A stretch of DNA of 55,804 nucleotides, the filler included, from Sphacelaria rigidula (lineage: Eukaryota): NCBI GenBank assembly GCA_964200075.2. It is 6 parts of 6 records of this genome, joined end to end, with 100 filler letters (N's around TTAATTAATTAA, not from the genome) between each part and the next. Parts side by side here need not be neighbours in the genome. Positions count along the whole stretch, not along the records: positions 18,637 to 27,854 come from CAXNAA020009019.1; positions 27,955 to 37,171 come from CAXNAA020009020.1; 4 more parts are not named here. One strand, 5' to 3'. The translations under genes and the position numbers were made by a program. How positions within the stretch are numbered: the first letter of the stretch is position 1; every line of letters starts with the position of its first letter. Below the pieces are notes generated by a model that was not told where the DNA came from, did not search any database, and saw nothing but the letters and a program-made list of their open reading frames with translations. Positions 22,846-35,098 of the stretch are shown here, in pieces.

Positions 22846-24216
22846 CTTAGCTGCTGTCATCGATTTTCTAAGTGAAAGGACGAGGGGGACATGTAGTCAA
22901 CAATGGCCACGCCCTCGTCATTGATCCCCCCTAATTTGTTCAAGTTTTGCTCGTGACCATTTGCGCACTTAGGACGACAAGTCACCATTCATGCATTTTC
23001 ATTTTTACCAATTGACTGTTATAATTGAGTATACAATAAAACGTAAACGCTATATCCAGCACATACCAACGTCACCAATACCACAGTAGAGAGCGCGACA
23101 AAACGATCATAGTGCTCTGTGAAAAGCTTGTGCAGGAGCACCAGTTTTCGCGCACGCGTCATTCGGCGGGACAATCCGTCCGCGTACAGATACCCCCTAT
23201 ATATGAACCACCCGATCGTGGCACGTGCCAACCGATCTCATGCATGGTGTGCCGTACGGGCTGTGTAGGCATCATAGAAGTGGCAAGTGTCGACCGTGGC
23301 ACTAGCTCAGGAAGTTCTCGTTTCGGGGCCCACCCTTGACGTGCACTCTGAACGCTTCACCAATTTTTGCTCACCGGCTAATAATTTCGAGTGCCTGCTT
23401 ATGAAGCTAGCTAGGACGCCCATTTTCCGCACCCAGTGGTATTTTGTATCGATCATGTTGGAGAACACCATCGATGTCGACACCTCGACACCAACCACAC
23501 CGGTGTACCAAACGATGCTCGCAGATCCTCAGCCGGTGCCGCTGGATCGTCCCCACAATCTCTGACGCACAATCCGGTGAGGACGGCGCAGCACAACGGG
23601 ATACGGCACCCGAGTGTCAAGGAAATGATGCAGGTGAGAAACAAAAGGCTCAGATTAGGCAAGAACTCATAAACTTCCGTATGCCCACCCGTCCGCACCG
23701 TCTACATTTCGCCTGTCTTGACGTTCATATCCGTGAGCCATTTCACGCAAAGGCTATTTATTCTCCTTTCTTCGTCGACTTCATGCTTTGCTTCTGAAAT
23801 GAATACTCTGGGTAGCGACGCATTCTACCCGCGAAGGTAAGTTTATGGAACCCGAGATGAGTAGTAACTGACGGCTGCTCTAGTACGTGCCCGGGCACAG
23901 TACTGTTGAATCCCACAGGCTGCAACAAGTCGACGTCATCATCTGAGAGTGATGGTCTGGGGGTGGTATTCTACGCACTGATGATTTCCCCCCGTCACCT
24001 ACGGTTGACTGGTTCGATCGGTTGGTTGGTTGGTTGATGAATTGACTGGTTTGTCGATTTTGTTGTCGGACATGAACTATCCCGCTACACCGTGGGCAGC
24101 CACAAGATGAACGTGAACAAGGTGAACGAACGGGAGCGCTCGCAAGAGCAAAATCTGAAACACAATGGAAGATGACCAAGAAGGTACACGGACGGATAGA
24201 GCGGGCGGGGGATGAT

Positions 24217-24661
24217 AACAGCCAATCATCGAAATTGAGCATGGAGCTTTTCATTGAGAATGAGAACCCGGAAAATGAAAAATCTTCGTATCCACACCAA
24301 ATTCTCGAAATACGGTTCCATCCCTTCACCTACTGGTAGCGATTGACAACTGCTACGCGCCCTACAAATTTGCGTTTCGATAATCGAAATGTTGGGCTCC
24401 TAAATGAAAAACCAATTTTGGGGAATTCAGGTCATCCGACCGGATCTCCGAAATTTCTCGAAATAGGTTTTTCACCTAGGACCCCAACATTTCGGCTATC
24501 GAAATCAAAATTTGCATTACGTGTAGTACTTGTCAATAGCTACCAGTAGGTGAAGGTATGGAAATATATTTCGAAGATTTGGTGTGAATACGAAGATTTT
24601 AATCCTCCGGGTTCTAATCCTTGATGAAAAGCTCCATCCTCAATTTCGATGATCGGGTGTT
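24217..24661. mobile_element. Foldback MITE, second copy of the 10461-10889 family
   Basis: Near-palindrome with AACA...TGTT termini; flanks TGAT/TGAG. Confidence 0.85.
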
Positions 24662-26004
24662 TGAGGCAGAAAAACGAAACACAACAAAATGAACACGATG
24701 CGAAAACTGTGTAAATATTGCAAAAGATCACACATTTCTTCATTCCCGGTTGGATTATTGGAACATGGTCATATGCAAAACCTGACTGCTCAGCGAAATG
24801 AAAACCGTTGGTCAGGCTACTGTCATGGAGGTGATGCGCATTATCCAAGACGTTAGGCGGGGATATGCTCTATTTCAAGATCGACAATTTGTGACATTTC
24901 CGAAACGCAGTTATCACTACTACGTTTTGCCGTGTCCCTTTCATGAAGCGGCCTAAGAAAAAGGGAAGGACATGAAGCATGAAAAACGGCAGTCAAAGAT
25001 CTAGTACCAATCCGAAAGCACGCCTCTGACGGCCCGTTTCGAGTGATTTTAGGTAATGCGACGCCGCGAAAACAACCCGGAACTGAACAAAGATAAAGCA
25101 AAAAACACTGTGGGAAACAAAAAAGGGTAAAATAAAATACCAAGAAGAAGAAGAAAAAAAAAGGCGGGAGGGGGGGCAACAGAAAAACGCAGAAAGACAG
25201 GAACAAAGTACGAGGGGATGAAACGAAGAAACGAGAGAAACAGAACGAACGTTAATACAAAACGGGACATGAGCGGGGAACATGGATAGAGAACGTCGCT
25301 GAAGTTGCGCGCTGTAGCCTCTGCCAGACGATCTGGACAAGAGAACTTTCAACGAGGGAGTCCTCCTGTATCACTGGCCTCGTGCTCGACAAGTCCTTTT
25401 GTTATTATCACGGAGTGATCCTCAACAGATCACGAGCCAGACAGCAAGGGGCCACACAGATAAGGGTCACCAATCCGGGATCCTCTGTCCCCTGCCACTG
25501 CTCCAATCATGCATGCGGTTATACTGAAACCTACGGCTTGGTATCACTTGGCTACAGCGCCAAGGAAAGGAGAAAACAGCTGACCGCACAACACGGGGTT
25601 TTCGATTTCCGTGCTACCTCGCTGTGCCCGTTCTATCGCCAGTCAGGGACAAAGCCGACCAATCTCGCTGCCATTCTTATCTTGGGATCCTCACCGGTTG
25701 CAGCTGCCGCTATCATGCCAATGGTGGCTGCTCTCCTATTGACGGCTTTCAACGCAACGATATCTTGTTTGTGACATAAGCCGGATATGCAGAGGCACCC
25801 CTCTCCTGACCCCGAGCTGTTGATTACCACCGTTCCTCGCGGTCGTAACCGAATCCTACGGGGTTTGACCTCGAAACCACAAACAAGCCACTGCCTTCGC
25901 TCTACCTCGCGTGGGGTGAAGCCCGTAGATTCTCCTAAGGGTAGCCCCCCGAGTGCTTCCCGGGGGGGGGAGGAACTCAACAAATGAGTACCCCCCGCCC
26001 CCTT

Positions 26005-26850
26005 CCCACCCTCTCCGAGTGCTTCGAACGTCGGCTGCCCTCCTTGGGCCCTCTACGGCCGACTGTCCCAAGATGATGCTCTTGGACGATGGGCTTCCTT
26101 CTGTCGGACACGGGCCTCCACGAACCGGAGTTGATGAATGCGGAGGGTCACCTTGACATCTTCGCGTTCGGTCATCTCGCGCACAGCCCCATGATAAAGA
26201 GTCATGTGTCCAGGGCGATCCTTCTCGCGGAAGCCAGCTGCTCGGAGTCAGCGAAGGCACACGTTCGGCAGTGGGCAAGGACTTCGAAGCCCTCTGGGTG
26301 CATCGTCCATGCAGCACATCCGTACAGTATAGCTTCCACTACCTCCGCTTAGAGCTGCCAGAGTTCCAGAGAGAGTTCTGGCTTTGAGCCGATCGTATAG
26401 GTGGGGATTATACTTCCGGAGGTGTGCCCACTCTGGCGCTGATGCGGCACGTGATGTTAATGGAAAGCGTCAACGCTGACAGCATCACCAAGGTTGTTCA
26501 ACTCAGCCGTCTGCTCGCACCGTTGACCTGTCACTTTGATATGTAGCGGGGGCTCTGGGTAGCTGGGAGCTGACCCCATACACATGGCCCCTGTCTTCTT
26601 CTCTCATGTCGTCAGTCCGATCTCCTGACAGGCCACCACCGTCACAGCCATCATTCTAGCAACCCCGTCTTGGGACCTCGAGGCTATGTCTGAGTCATCC
26701 GCGCGCAGCACTTCCCATACCGGTCGCTGCACCCTCTGCAGCGGCGGCGGTGTTTCCTCTTTGACGCTGTCATCTTCTAGACGTACCAAACCTGAGACGA
26801 TGGTCGGGTGTTTCATGAAATGCTGTAAGATCGCATTCACCAGTGCTGTG
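26005..26850 (-). mobile_element. Degenerate RTE-like LINE (RT C-terminal region)
   Basis: VWEVLRADDSDIASRSQDGVARMMAVTVVACQEIGLT (YADD region) and AEVVEAILYGCAAWT. Confidence 0.85.
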
Positions 26851-27227
26851 GCACTCGACGAATGACATCGTTGTCACTTACTCTTCGCGATAAGGAGAAC
26901 TGTATTGCGAGTTATGTTGCTGAAGGAACCTGGGTTCAAATAGCTCTTCATGGAGGGCGGTAAAATTCTGTCATCATCGAGTGTTGAAATGTTGGCAGGA
27001 ACACTATATGAAACTTGTTTAACGTCGGGTTTTGCGGCACCGTCAACTGTCTCGCCCTCGTCGCTTCCTCAGTATGAGTCCCTAGTCTGTCGGGGATAAA
27101 CAACTACGTCTTTCCTAGGCACTTTCACTGCCCTCTGTTGCCGTGCTTTTAAAATCCGCACTCTCACAGTAGTCTGTCGAGATTCCCCCAATGATATCAC
27201 TCTTTCGCGTGGTTTCTATTATCATTA

Positions 27228-27479
27228 GAGTGATGGTACGATGGGGAGGGTGCTTGATTTCACAGGAAGCAGAGGCTCACAGATGTGTCAGACGACGTAA
27301 CTACTCACGGTGCGTTTGTATTTGGGTGAATACGGTGTCAAGTGCTATGAATAAAGTGTGCCTTATTGGTAATGAGCGCTATTGAACAAACGTTGCTGCC
27401 TTTAACCACGATTTGAGGTAGCACTTCGTGAAAGAAAATGGCCCAAAATACCCCCCCCCCCCCCATCATAGCATCACTC
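27228..27479 (-). mobile_element. Complete ~250-bp MITE with TIR GAGTGATGCTA(C/T)GAT(A/G)GGG plus G/C runs
   Basis: GAGTGATGGTACGATGGGG versus CCCCATCATAGCATCACTC (17/19 match). Confidence 0.8.
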
Positions 27480-27589
27480 AGTTTGTACCCCCACCTGCCT
27501 CACGCCAGGATCAACCAACATTTATCCTTAGGTCCAACACGCACGGGTGTTTGCAGGTTCGTGCATTTCTGGATGCCCAGGCACCGCCA

Positions 27590-27798
27590 TGTCACGGTGG
27601 TCTAACGGTGCGCCTGTCGACAGTTAAGAGGGATCGCTGCGGGTTCGAATCCTGACACGTAATAAGGACTTTTTTCAGTAGAATCTGGCTTCCGTGGTTG
27701 AAAATATGATGACTTGGATAGCAGAGAATATTCGGCCGGAGTCGACCCAGTGCGGGAGGGCCGGCGCAATCGCACCCGTGAAACTCCCGGCATCTACC
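27590..27798 (+). mobile_element. tRNA-derived SINE or tRNA pseudogene
   Basis: A box TGGTCTAACGG (27598-27608), B box GGTTCGAATCC (27642-27652), acceptor-like TGTCA/TGACA pairing; anticodon arm not canonical. Confidence 0.65.
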
Positions 27799-27854
27799 GG
27801 GGGGGTGTACTCATGATCATGCATGCCTAGTCATCAGACCATTGACCTCGCATC
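27799..27854 (-). mobile_element. Family B 3' tail at a contig end
   Basis: GGGGGGGTGTACTCATGATCATGCATGCCTAGTCATCAGACCATTGACCTCGCATC, near-identical to 46431-46488. Confidence 0.8.
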
Positions 27855-27954
27855 NNNNNNNNNNNNNNNNNNNNNNNNNNNNNNNNNNNNNNNNNNNNTT
27901 AATTAATTAANNNNNNNNNNNNNNNNNNNNNNNNNNNNNNNNNNNNNNNNNNNN
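27855..27954. other. Artificial contig-join spacer
   Basis: Identical N44-TTAATTAATTAA-N44 structure. Confidence 0.98.
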
Positions 27955-28050
27955 AGTTATAGCGCCATCGCCAACCGACGCCGACCCCATCGGGGGTCCG
28001 CCCCTACGAAACCGGGACGGAGCACGCCGGGCTCTCGCCGGACCAGGCTG
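27955..28050 (-). mobile_element. Family B fragment ending at a MITE TIR
   Basis: Matches 20020-20100 and 19645-19680; immediately followed by ACGATAGGGGGG. Confidence 0.75.
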
Positions 28051-28290
28051 ACGATAGGGGGGGGAGGGGAGGTTGTTTGGGCCGTTTTCTTCCACGGAAT
28101 TCCACTTCAATCGCCGTTAAAAGCAAACAGTGGTTGGAACGCGCTTGCTCCCGAGATATAACGCTCACTCATTCTGCATAACACCGCTCTTGCCCAAATA
28201 CAACCGCGCCGCGAGTGTTTTAGGTCGTTTAAAGCATCTATGAGCACACTTTTTCGTGGGATCGACCCCCCCCCCCCCTATTGTAGCATG
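28051..28290 (+). mobile_element. G-run-TIR MITE copy
   Basis: ACGATAGGGG...CCCCTATTGTAGCAT; body similar to the other copies. Confidence 0.8.
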
Positions 28291-28691
28291 CTATAACTGG
28301 ATATTGCCGAGCTTAACACTAGTGCATGTGTACGTGGATTCATTCGGGTACACGCGGGGCAGAGTGATGATATATCATGGGTACCAGATATCGCGTACGG
28401 TATCGGATATTGTTTCATGATTGGATGTTTGGCATATAAGGCAACCCACCGTGCAGTCATGCCCTCTAGGTCCAGTGTTGCTCAGTGTTATTCGTACTGC
28501 ATTTGGGGCAGAGAAAGTATCTCTGGTGGAGCTTGCACGGTTCATGTTCGGTGAGTGAAGGGTGTAAGAGATTAATACAAGAAGTTACTACACATTCCCT
28601 TGATCAGAGCAAGTCCTCTAAGAGGCGCTCCCTTGTTTCATTACGCGAGCTGGAACGGGTCGATTGCAGCCAGGTAGCAGGGAAGAAAGCA

Positions 28692-28874
28692 AGTTTGAGC
28701 AGAAACAGCAGCAGTCATGGCGCGTTGTGCCAACTTCATAGAGTCACGCAGTGAGCGTTCAACACAGTTTGAGCAAAAACAGTAGCAGTCATAGCGCGTT
28801 GAGCCAACTTGAGAGAGTCACGCAGTCAGCCTTTAATACAGTTTGAGCAAGGACAGCAGCAGTATTTGCGCGTC
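28692..28874. repeat. 74-bp tandem repeat (2.5 copies) in the Copia leader
   Basis: AGTTTGAGCA at 28692, 28766 and 28840. Confidence 0.9.
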
Positions 28875-30127
28875 TAGCATTTCAGTGCAGTAAGGCACAT
28901 CCCAGGAGATTTCAGGAAGAGGCATCGAACGGCCGAAGTAGTTTTTCCGGCTGACTAACCAAAAGGGAAACATACCTGATTTATACGTGATTGAATAAAC
29001 GTTAAAGCATACGAGCTGGGCCGGCCATAAACCCACATCCTCTGTCGTCACTACAACTCTTCAAGTTTCCCAAATCAGCACGACCTAAGCGTATCGCTGT
29101 GAGCTGCAGACTAACCTGGTAGCATAGGCACCGCCGCTGCTCGATTGGTGCACGTTTGGCGATGATGTTAATGTACTGCATTGAGTACCGAGTACGTCCC
29201 AATTCTTCGTGCGATAGCGTGTCTGGAGACTTGCGTTTCACAAAATGCGGTGGAATTACAATAGTAATTCCGCAGCACACACAGGCATGCGAACACCCGA
29301 TATGTGCAGGCGAAAGCAGTCAGGGAGTTCTGCAACCTCTACAACACAACTCGATGTCACTATCTAACAGCAGAAACCTGCGCGACCACTCCCGAAAGGC
29401 AGGTTCAACAGAGCGATGAAAGCTACAGTCGTGTTGAAACGCTTGTACAGTGTATCACAGAAGACATGTTTGCCGAGCGAAATCGCAGCTGTCTCCGCCC
29501 TGTTTCATGATCCTACAAAAGACACGGCCACACTCTGCGATAAGAGGTTGTTGGTCGTGCTTGACATGAGAACTGGTCGAAGCAATAGCGCCGTGCAGCT
29601 CCTACAGCGCGTGCACGGCTGTATCGTAGGACGCGGGTACCGCAACTGCTGATACGGGCATGGCATCATGCATGTGGTCATGCCGGGATTTGAACTCATG
29701 ACCTGTGTGTTCTGAGGCTGTTGCATCAGTTTGACCACCGGGGTCACACAAAAAGTGCGACGCGAGCCCCAATTTTACGTATTTTCGGCTGAAACTTTAC
29801 AAGGATGTGGGTGGTGCGAGTGCTTGTATGTACCCGAGCGTTGTTATCGTTTAAACCATTTTTTGAGGAAGTTATAGCATTTTTCCTGTTTTTGCTGAAA
29901 CTTCAACTCGCTCTAACTTCTCTTTTTTTTTTTTCTTCTGCACCATTGGGAGTGTTGCGCGGAGTGATGATGAAAATGTTGTGTCAAAATTTCAGCACCA
30001 AACTCTTCGATTTGCCAAACGCATCTCCACCCTTCGTTGGAAAATCCCTGATGGCCGGCCCAGCTCGTAATACTCGCGTACAGATCGATAACAACAAGCA
30101 ACAGTTTTAGATAATTACAGTCGAGCA

Positions 30128-32107
30128 ATGGCTACCAGAAAGGAATCAAGTACGGAGGAATTGACTAAAAAGCTGCGGCTCACGGAAGTACATCAGGCTG
30201 AAAAGCTGGGGCTCATGGAAGAAAAAGGCAGAGCTTGTCGAGGCCGCAAAACGCCACGCCTTTGTAGACTACGAAATAGAAAGAGGTATGCATTCAGGCG
30301 CAGGCGCATAGGTTAACCCCACGATGAGTACAGCAAACCGCGATCAGCAATGCAACCCACGATTTTTCCCCGAGTACAGATACGATAACTACACGGGAGG
30401 GCAACGTGCCTGACCAAATATTTCAAGAGTACGTCATGATACAAGTATTCACCCATGGGACGGTTCTGCCAAAGCAGGGGAGAGCATGGTGTCAAAGTTT
30501 CGTGTCTTTCATGTGCAGATGATCGGATATTTTCGTGCCGAGAAATGCTATGATGCTCTTTTTGTGCAGGATGTGTATTTCATGAGACGGAAAAGGAGTT
30601 GGTGAGGCAGCACGGGTATCAGGCCGTAGAAAAAGCACAACGAGCTCATGACATTCTCCTCGAAAAAATCACCGCCCCTAGCATGGTCGAGAACTTTGCG
30701 ATAGTTGGTTCGCCCAGTGAATCGTGGGACTGTTTTGTACAGTTCTACACCGTTTCCCCCACCGCAGAGAAAGCTCGCCTCGAACAACAATGGTCAGGCC
30801 TACAGATGTCACCGGGCGAGTTCCCTCTGGTTTTTCTGAGCAGGGCGAACCTAATTCGTCACAAAGCAAATCATTACGGTACCGTAATTCCGGAGTTTGA
30901 TGCAAACAGGCACTATGCACGTAGGCTGTCTTCGGAATACGAGATACAGCGCGGTATACTTCTTGCCATGCCGGATATAGACACTGAGACCCTGCACCGC
31001 ACGGTGAAAACTGCCCACGCAGAGTTGGAACTATCTGGCAGTGCGGTAGACTCACCAAGCAGCCATGCCCTCTCTGCCATAGTTCATGATGCCTCTAACA
31101 GTGACGTATCGGCGAGGCGACGTGGGATTCGGAGGGGCAGAACAACCACTGCCGGGAGTGCGGTTCAGACCGCAGTGGGCGTCATACCTCACACCAGCAC
31201 CCCATAGCCTCCTCGTCCTCACACCGCAACCTCCATTCGCCTAACCATGAATGATCACCGAGACATAACTCCCGTCCATATGCCTCATCTCCACGCCAAT
31301 CCCAGAACAACAACCCCAACCCAACCCCCCAATTCTCATCATGCAATATTGGCAACTGCAATATATGCTATGATCGAGGTATTGATTCCCATACACGAAC
31401 TGATGGGGGTAGAAATATCGATTAAATGTATGGCTATCAAGATCTCAGCCCAGAACATCGTTCCGCACATCACGGGAGAAACCACCCCTGGTTATTACAC
31501 TTCCAGCAGCTCCCACGGTCACGCGAATTTTGTACAGCGATCCGAGGATTCCGTCACTAATGACAACTTCGTGTCACGAGACGGAAATACCTTTCATAAC
31601 GCAGGATTCGCAAAGCCCGCAAAGCTCCCGCCTCCATATTATCCTGAGCAGCAACCCCCTCAAGATCATGGCTACTGCCACCAACCGCAACCCACGTTGC
31701 ATCACTATCTTACTCTGCAATACAGCCCTCATCACCATCAATACCACTCTGCAGCTCCACCTCACGACCCATATCAGCAGCATCAGCAGCCGGCAGCCCC
31801 CCCCCCCGCTACGTCTTCTCCGTCTGCCGATACGTCCACTTCAGAGCACCCACGACGATTCATGGCGCGTTCTATGCCCGAAGGCGAGTCTCGTTTTCGG
31901 TTTGGTAAATTTGATTCACGTAGGTTATGATGTGCTACGTAGTGGGATTGCATGTAGTAGGGATGCTGGTGGGGAGAGGAATGGATTGCAGATAACGACA
32001 CTACATACCATGTCACAGGGAATGAAGATGACGTTTTTGATCTACGACCCCCTGCTCAGGGCATGGAGAACATCACGATGGGTGACGGGACCAGACTCCC
32101 ACTCATA
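30128..32107 (+). pseudogene. Copia gag-protease pseudogene
   Basis: Gag-like SPSESWDCFVQFY...EKARLEQQWSGLQMSPGEFPLVFLSRA...LSSEYE; protease-like EEWIADNDTTYHVTG...ITMGDGTRLP (WIADSGA motif decayed). Confidence 0.8.
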
Positions 32108-32109
32108 GA

Positions 32110-32378
32110 ATCATCGACGGCCATCTATCTCTTAGTGAAGCCATCGTTTTCTCCCTACTGTCTAATGCATCAAAGGATTTCATGCCACCTTTCTTCACGT
32201 CCCGCATTTCCCCCTCTATCACGTCCCGTTCCTCCTTGTATAGCTCATATTCTGCCACTATATGACTTCTGCTCTTTATTCCTTCGCCACAGAGGCAGTT
32301 TTGTGCATCTACTTCCTCCTTCTTTCGACCACTGGTATATCTCTTTACTCTTTCTGGCAGATCCAGGTCCGTCACCCG
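32110..32378 (-). mobile_element. Family A LINE fragment nested in the Copia element
   Basis: DLDLPERVKRYTSGRKKEEVDAQNCLCGEGIKSRSHIVAEYELYKEERD; homologous to ~21700-21910. Confidence 0.85.
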
Positions 32379-33524
32379 AAATCGCAGTGGCGGTGGTGCC
32401 GATGGGTTGGAGCAGGGAAATGAAGTGCAGGTTTGATGGAGAAAGGGGGCGCGTGATCATGGAAGAATGCAGAAGCCGGAGATGGGTTTTGGAGGATAGA
32501 ATACTCCGAATGTGGCCATGTCAAGTTTTTATTTGTTGACCACCTCAGCTTGATGGTAGATTCATGCCCTGGATGGTTTGACTTTGAGTGAAAGCGCAGT
32601 AATGTGACTACTGTCCGACTGCAATGATTCGACTAGTGGCCATTAGATTTGCAACTGTCACTGGAATGCATAACAAGGATTTTTGGGGATTTGATGAGAA
32701 ATATTTTGGGTAAAAATAGCTGGCGCGCTTCTAAACCGCGCGAAAATCCTGGCTCATGGCTTTGATTTTGCGTGGGGATGGCGGTATTACGCCTTGCACT
32801 GTATCATATATTTCACTACAGTTCGGTTTGAAATCGATTGTTGTGATTCACTCTCGGTTCTTCAGTTTTTTTATGGATCATATGACGGATTTTTTTTGTT
32901 GATTTACTTCATTGAACTTGGATTTCGGACCATACTTTTGTGGAATATTTTTGGAAAAACGCGTCCCGAGATTTGATACTTAATGCTCCCGAAAATGGGG
33001 AGGTGGTATGGGGTCAGGGGGGCATACAATTTAGGAGGTGATTTTCCTTGACGATTTTTTTTTTTTCCTAGCTGAGTCTTCCGTGTGTCCCGGCATTTGT
33101 GCTGTGAGAATTTGCCTGATTTCATGGGATGGAACCAGGATATGAGCAGGGTTAAGCCTCGACAGGGGGGGCTAATAGGATACTGCCGAGCTAAACACTA
33201 GTGCACGTGCACGTGGATTCCTTCGGGTACATGCGGGGCAGATTGATGGTATATCATATGGGTACCGGATACCGCGTACGGTATCGGTTACTGTTTCATG
33301 ATGTATGACGTTTGAGGCAACCCACCGTGCAGTAATGCCCTTTAGGTCCAGTGTTGCTCAGTGTTATTCGTACTGCATTTTGGGCAAAGAAAGCAGCTCT
33401 GGCGGAGCTTGCACGGTTGATGTTCGGTGAGTGAAGGGTATAAGAGATGAATACAAGAAGTTACGACACATTCGCCTGTCCAGAGCAAGCCCTCTGAGAG
33501 GCGCTCCCTTGTTTCATTACATGG

Positions 33525-33960
33525 CTCCTGAACAGACAGGGGTAATGCCGAACTGTGTGGTACGTGCCTGCACGGGCCAGGCAAACCGAGGCGCCGAAAT
33601 TATGGATATATGGAACGGGCCTTGGAGAGTAGCATAAACAATTGGAGGATATGTGTACCGTGTAGAATATATTGTCACGGGATCTACGCGGGGTGCACAC
33701 ATCGTGAGAATGCGACCACATGTGGATGCATCGTTGAACCTTAGCAATGAATTCAATGAAATATTCAACAGCCTCAAGAGTCAGGGGGAGTTTGACGCGG
33801 AAAAAGTTGAGGCAGTAAACTTGGCGGCTGACGGTGAGGAGTATAGGTCAAGTGGGTCGGGTTGGGTGAAGGAGGAATGAACCTTCGAGGCTGTCTACCC
33901 AGATGCGCCGGAACACCTAGTGCCCCAATGACGGAAGCTCAAGTGATGGAAATAAATTCG
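33525..33960 (+). mobile_element. Ty3/Gypsy integrase C-terminus and chromodomain relic
   Basis: WNGPWRVA, YRVEYIVTG...HIVRMRPHVDASLNL...GEFDAEKVEAV...EEY (GPY/F-like motif plus chromodomain start). Confidence 0.65.
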
Positions 33961-35035
33961 CGAAAAAATCAACCGCAAAACGGCATGAATATTTGACCAG
34001 ATCCATCAAGTAAGGTTGCCTTTCGTCTCCTACAGATGAGATGGAGTAGCTATAGCAAGGCTTTCGCGGGTGCTGTGACAACTGTGACGTACTGAACAGT
34101 TCGATAATGATGCGGCCGAACTTCTACTAGTAGCGTTTTTGGACATTGTAAAATCATGTGTGTTGTGAGTACTTGCAAGTTCCTCTGTTGGCGTGCGGTG
34201 CCGACACCTAACCCTAACCGTAACCCTTTGAGCTTGTGTGTGGCGTGCAGGGTGGAGTGCTCGATGCAATCGGTCAACGAACGTCACAAGCTGTAGCCGT
34301 TGATCAACTGAGTACGACGCTAATGACTCGGTGAAAATCGGTTAAAAATCGAGTAATACACGATTGCAAATGTAAGAGGAGTGCCGTATAAGACATGAAA
34401 ACGGTCGACGACCCCATCATGAGCAAATTTTGTGGCATACATATGGCCGCCCCTCTTCTTATGACTGAATTGCTGTGAAACAAACAACACCGTGTGTGGG
34501 TACTGTACATGGGCAAGAGATAGCGCTGGGTGTGGAGCGATTGTGCTGCGAGTGTCTGTGCGTGTTTGTTCGAGCTGCTCGGTTTGTGTAGGTGTATCGT
34601 GTTTTTTTTCAATTGTAGATTTCCAGACCCGTTTCTGACTGCACACAATGTGGAAGGAAACCCCGTTCTTTCAACAAAATCGCACTTTGTGTGCTCGTTG
34701 ACACCCAGACAACTTGTTGTGGGCAGACAAACTTTGCAGCTCGCTTTTCCTTCATGCTCCCAGCGTGCACAGAACGAATTTCAGTCTGAATCGCCAGGCG
34801 CTGATTCGAGAACTACCAACGCATATTTTGTATACGGTACACTTTGCGCCTCCCTTGCCCGAGGATTTCGGTATAACTTGGGTGGGGTTAGGGATAGTGT
34901 TGGGGTTCGGGTTAGCTTTATTTCGAAATAATACATTTCCGAGAAACTTCTTTATGCTGCCAAGTGGTAGGATGGTCTCCGATGTCTACGCGCGGTTCGG
35001 TTGATCTGGGAAGAAGCACCCACTCACCCCCCTTT

Positions 35036-35098
35036 TGATTGATTGATTGTCGCACTTTAATCGGCCTCCCAGGGGTCCAGCCGTGTTCACATGGCAGG
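35036..35098 (-). mobile_element. 3' end of the (AATC)n-tailed retroelement, second copy
   Basis: Reverse complement of 21121-21188. Confidence 0.6.

Larger units (their letters stand above)
28295..33521 (+). mobile_element. Internally deleted, degenerate Ty1/Copia LTR retrotransposon
   Basis: LTR-like direct repeats ~28299-28644 and ~33178-33521; purine tract CAGGGGGGG before the 3' copy; gag and protease remnants; no intact integrase or RT. Confidence 0.8.

Noticed and set aside
27590..27660. Functional tRNA gene
   Set aside because: A and B boxes are present but there is no canonical anticodon stem-loop; treated as a SINE head (the same applies to 43592-43675).
27799..28050. Family B element apparently continuous across the gap
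   Set aside because: The pieces lie on independent contigs; both simply end in the same abundant repeat.
33522..33540. tRNA-Lys-like primer-binding site TGGCTCCTGAACAG after the LTR
   Set aside because: This LTR is preceded by a polypurine tract and followed by integrase/chromodomain sequence rather than gag; probably a chance match.
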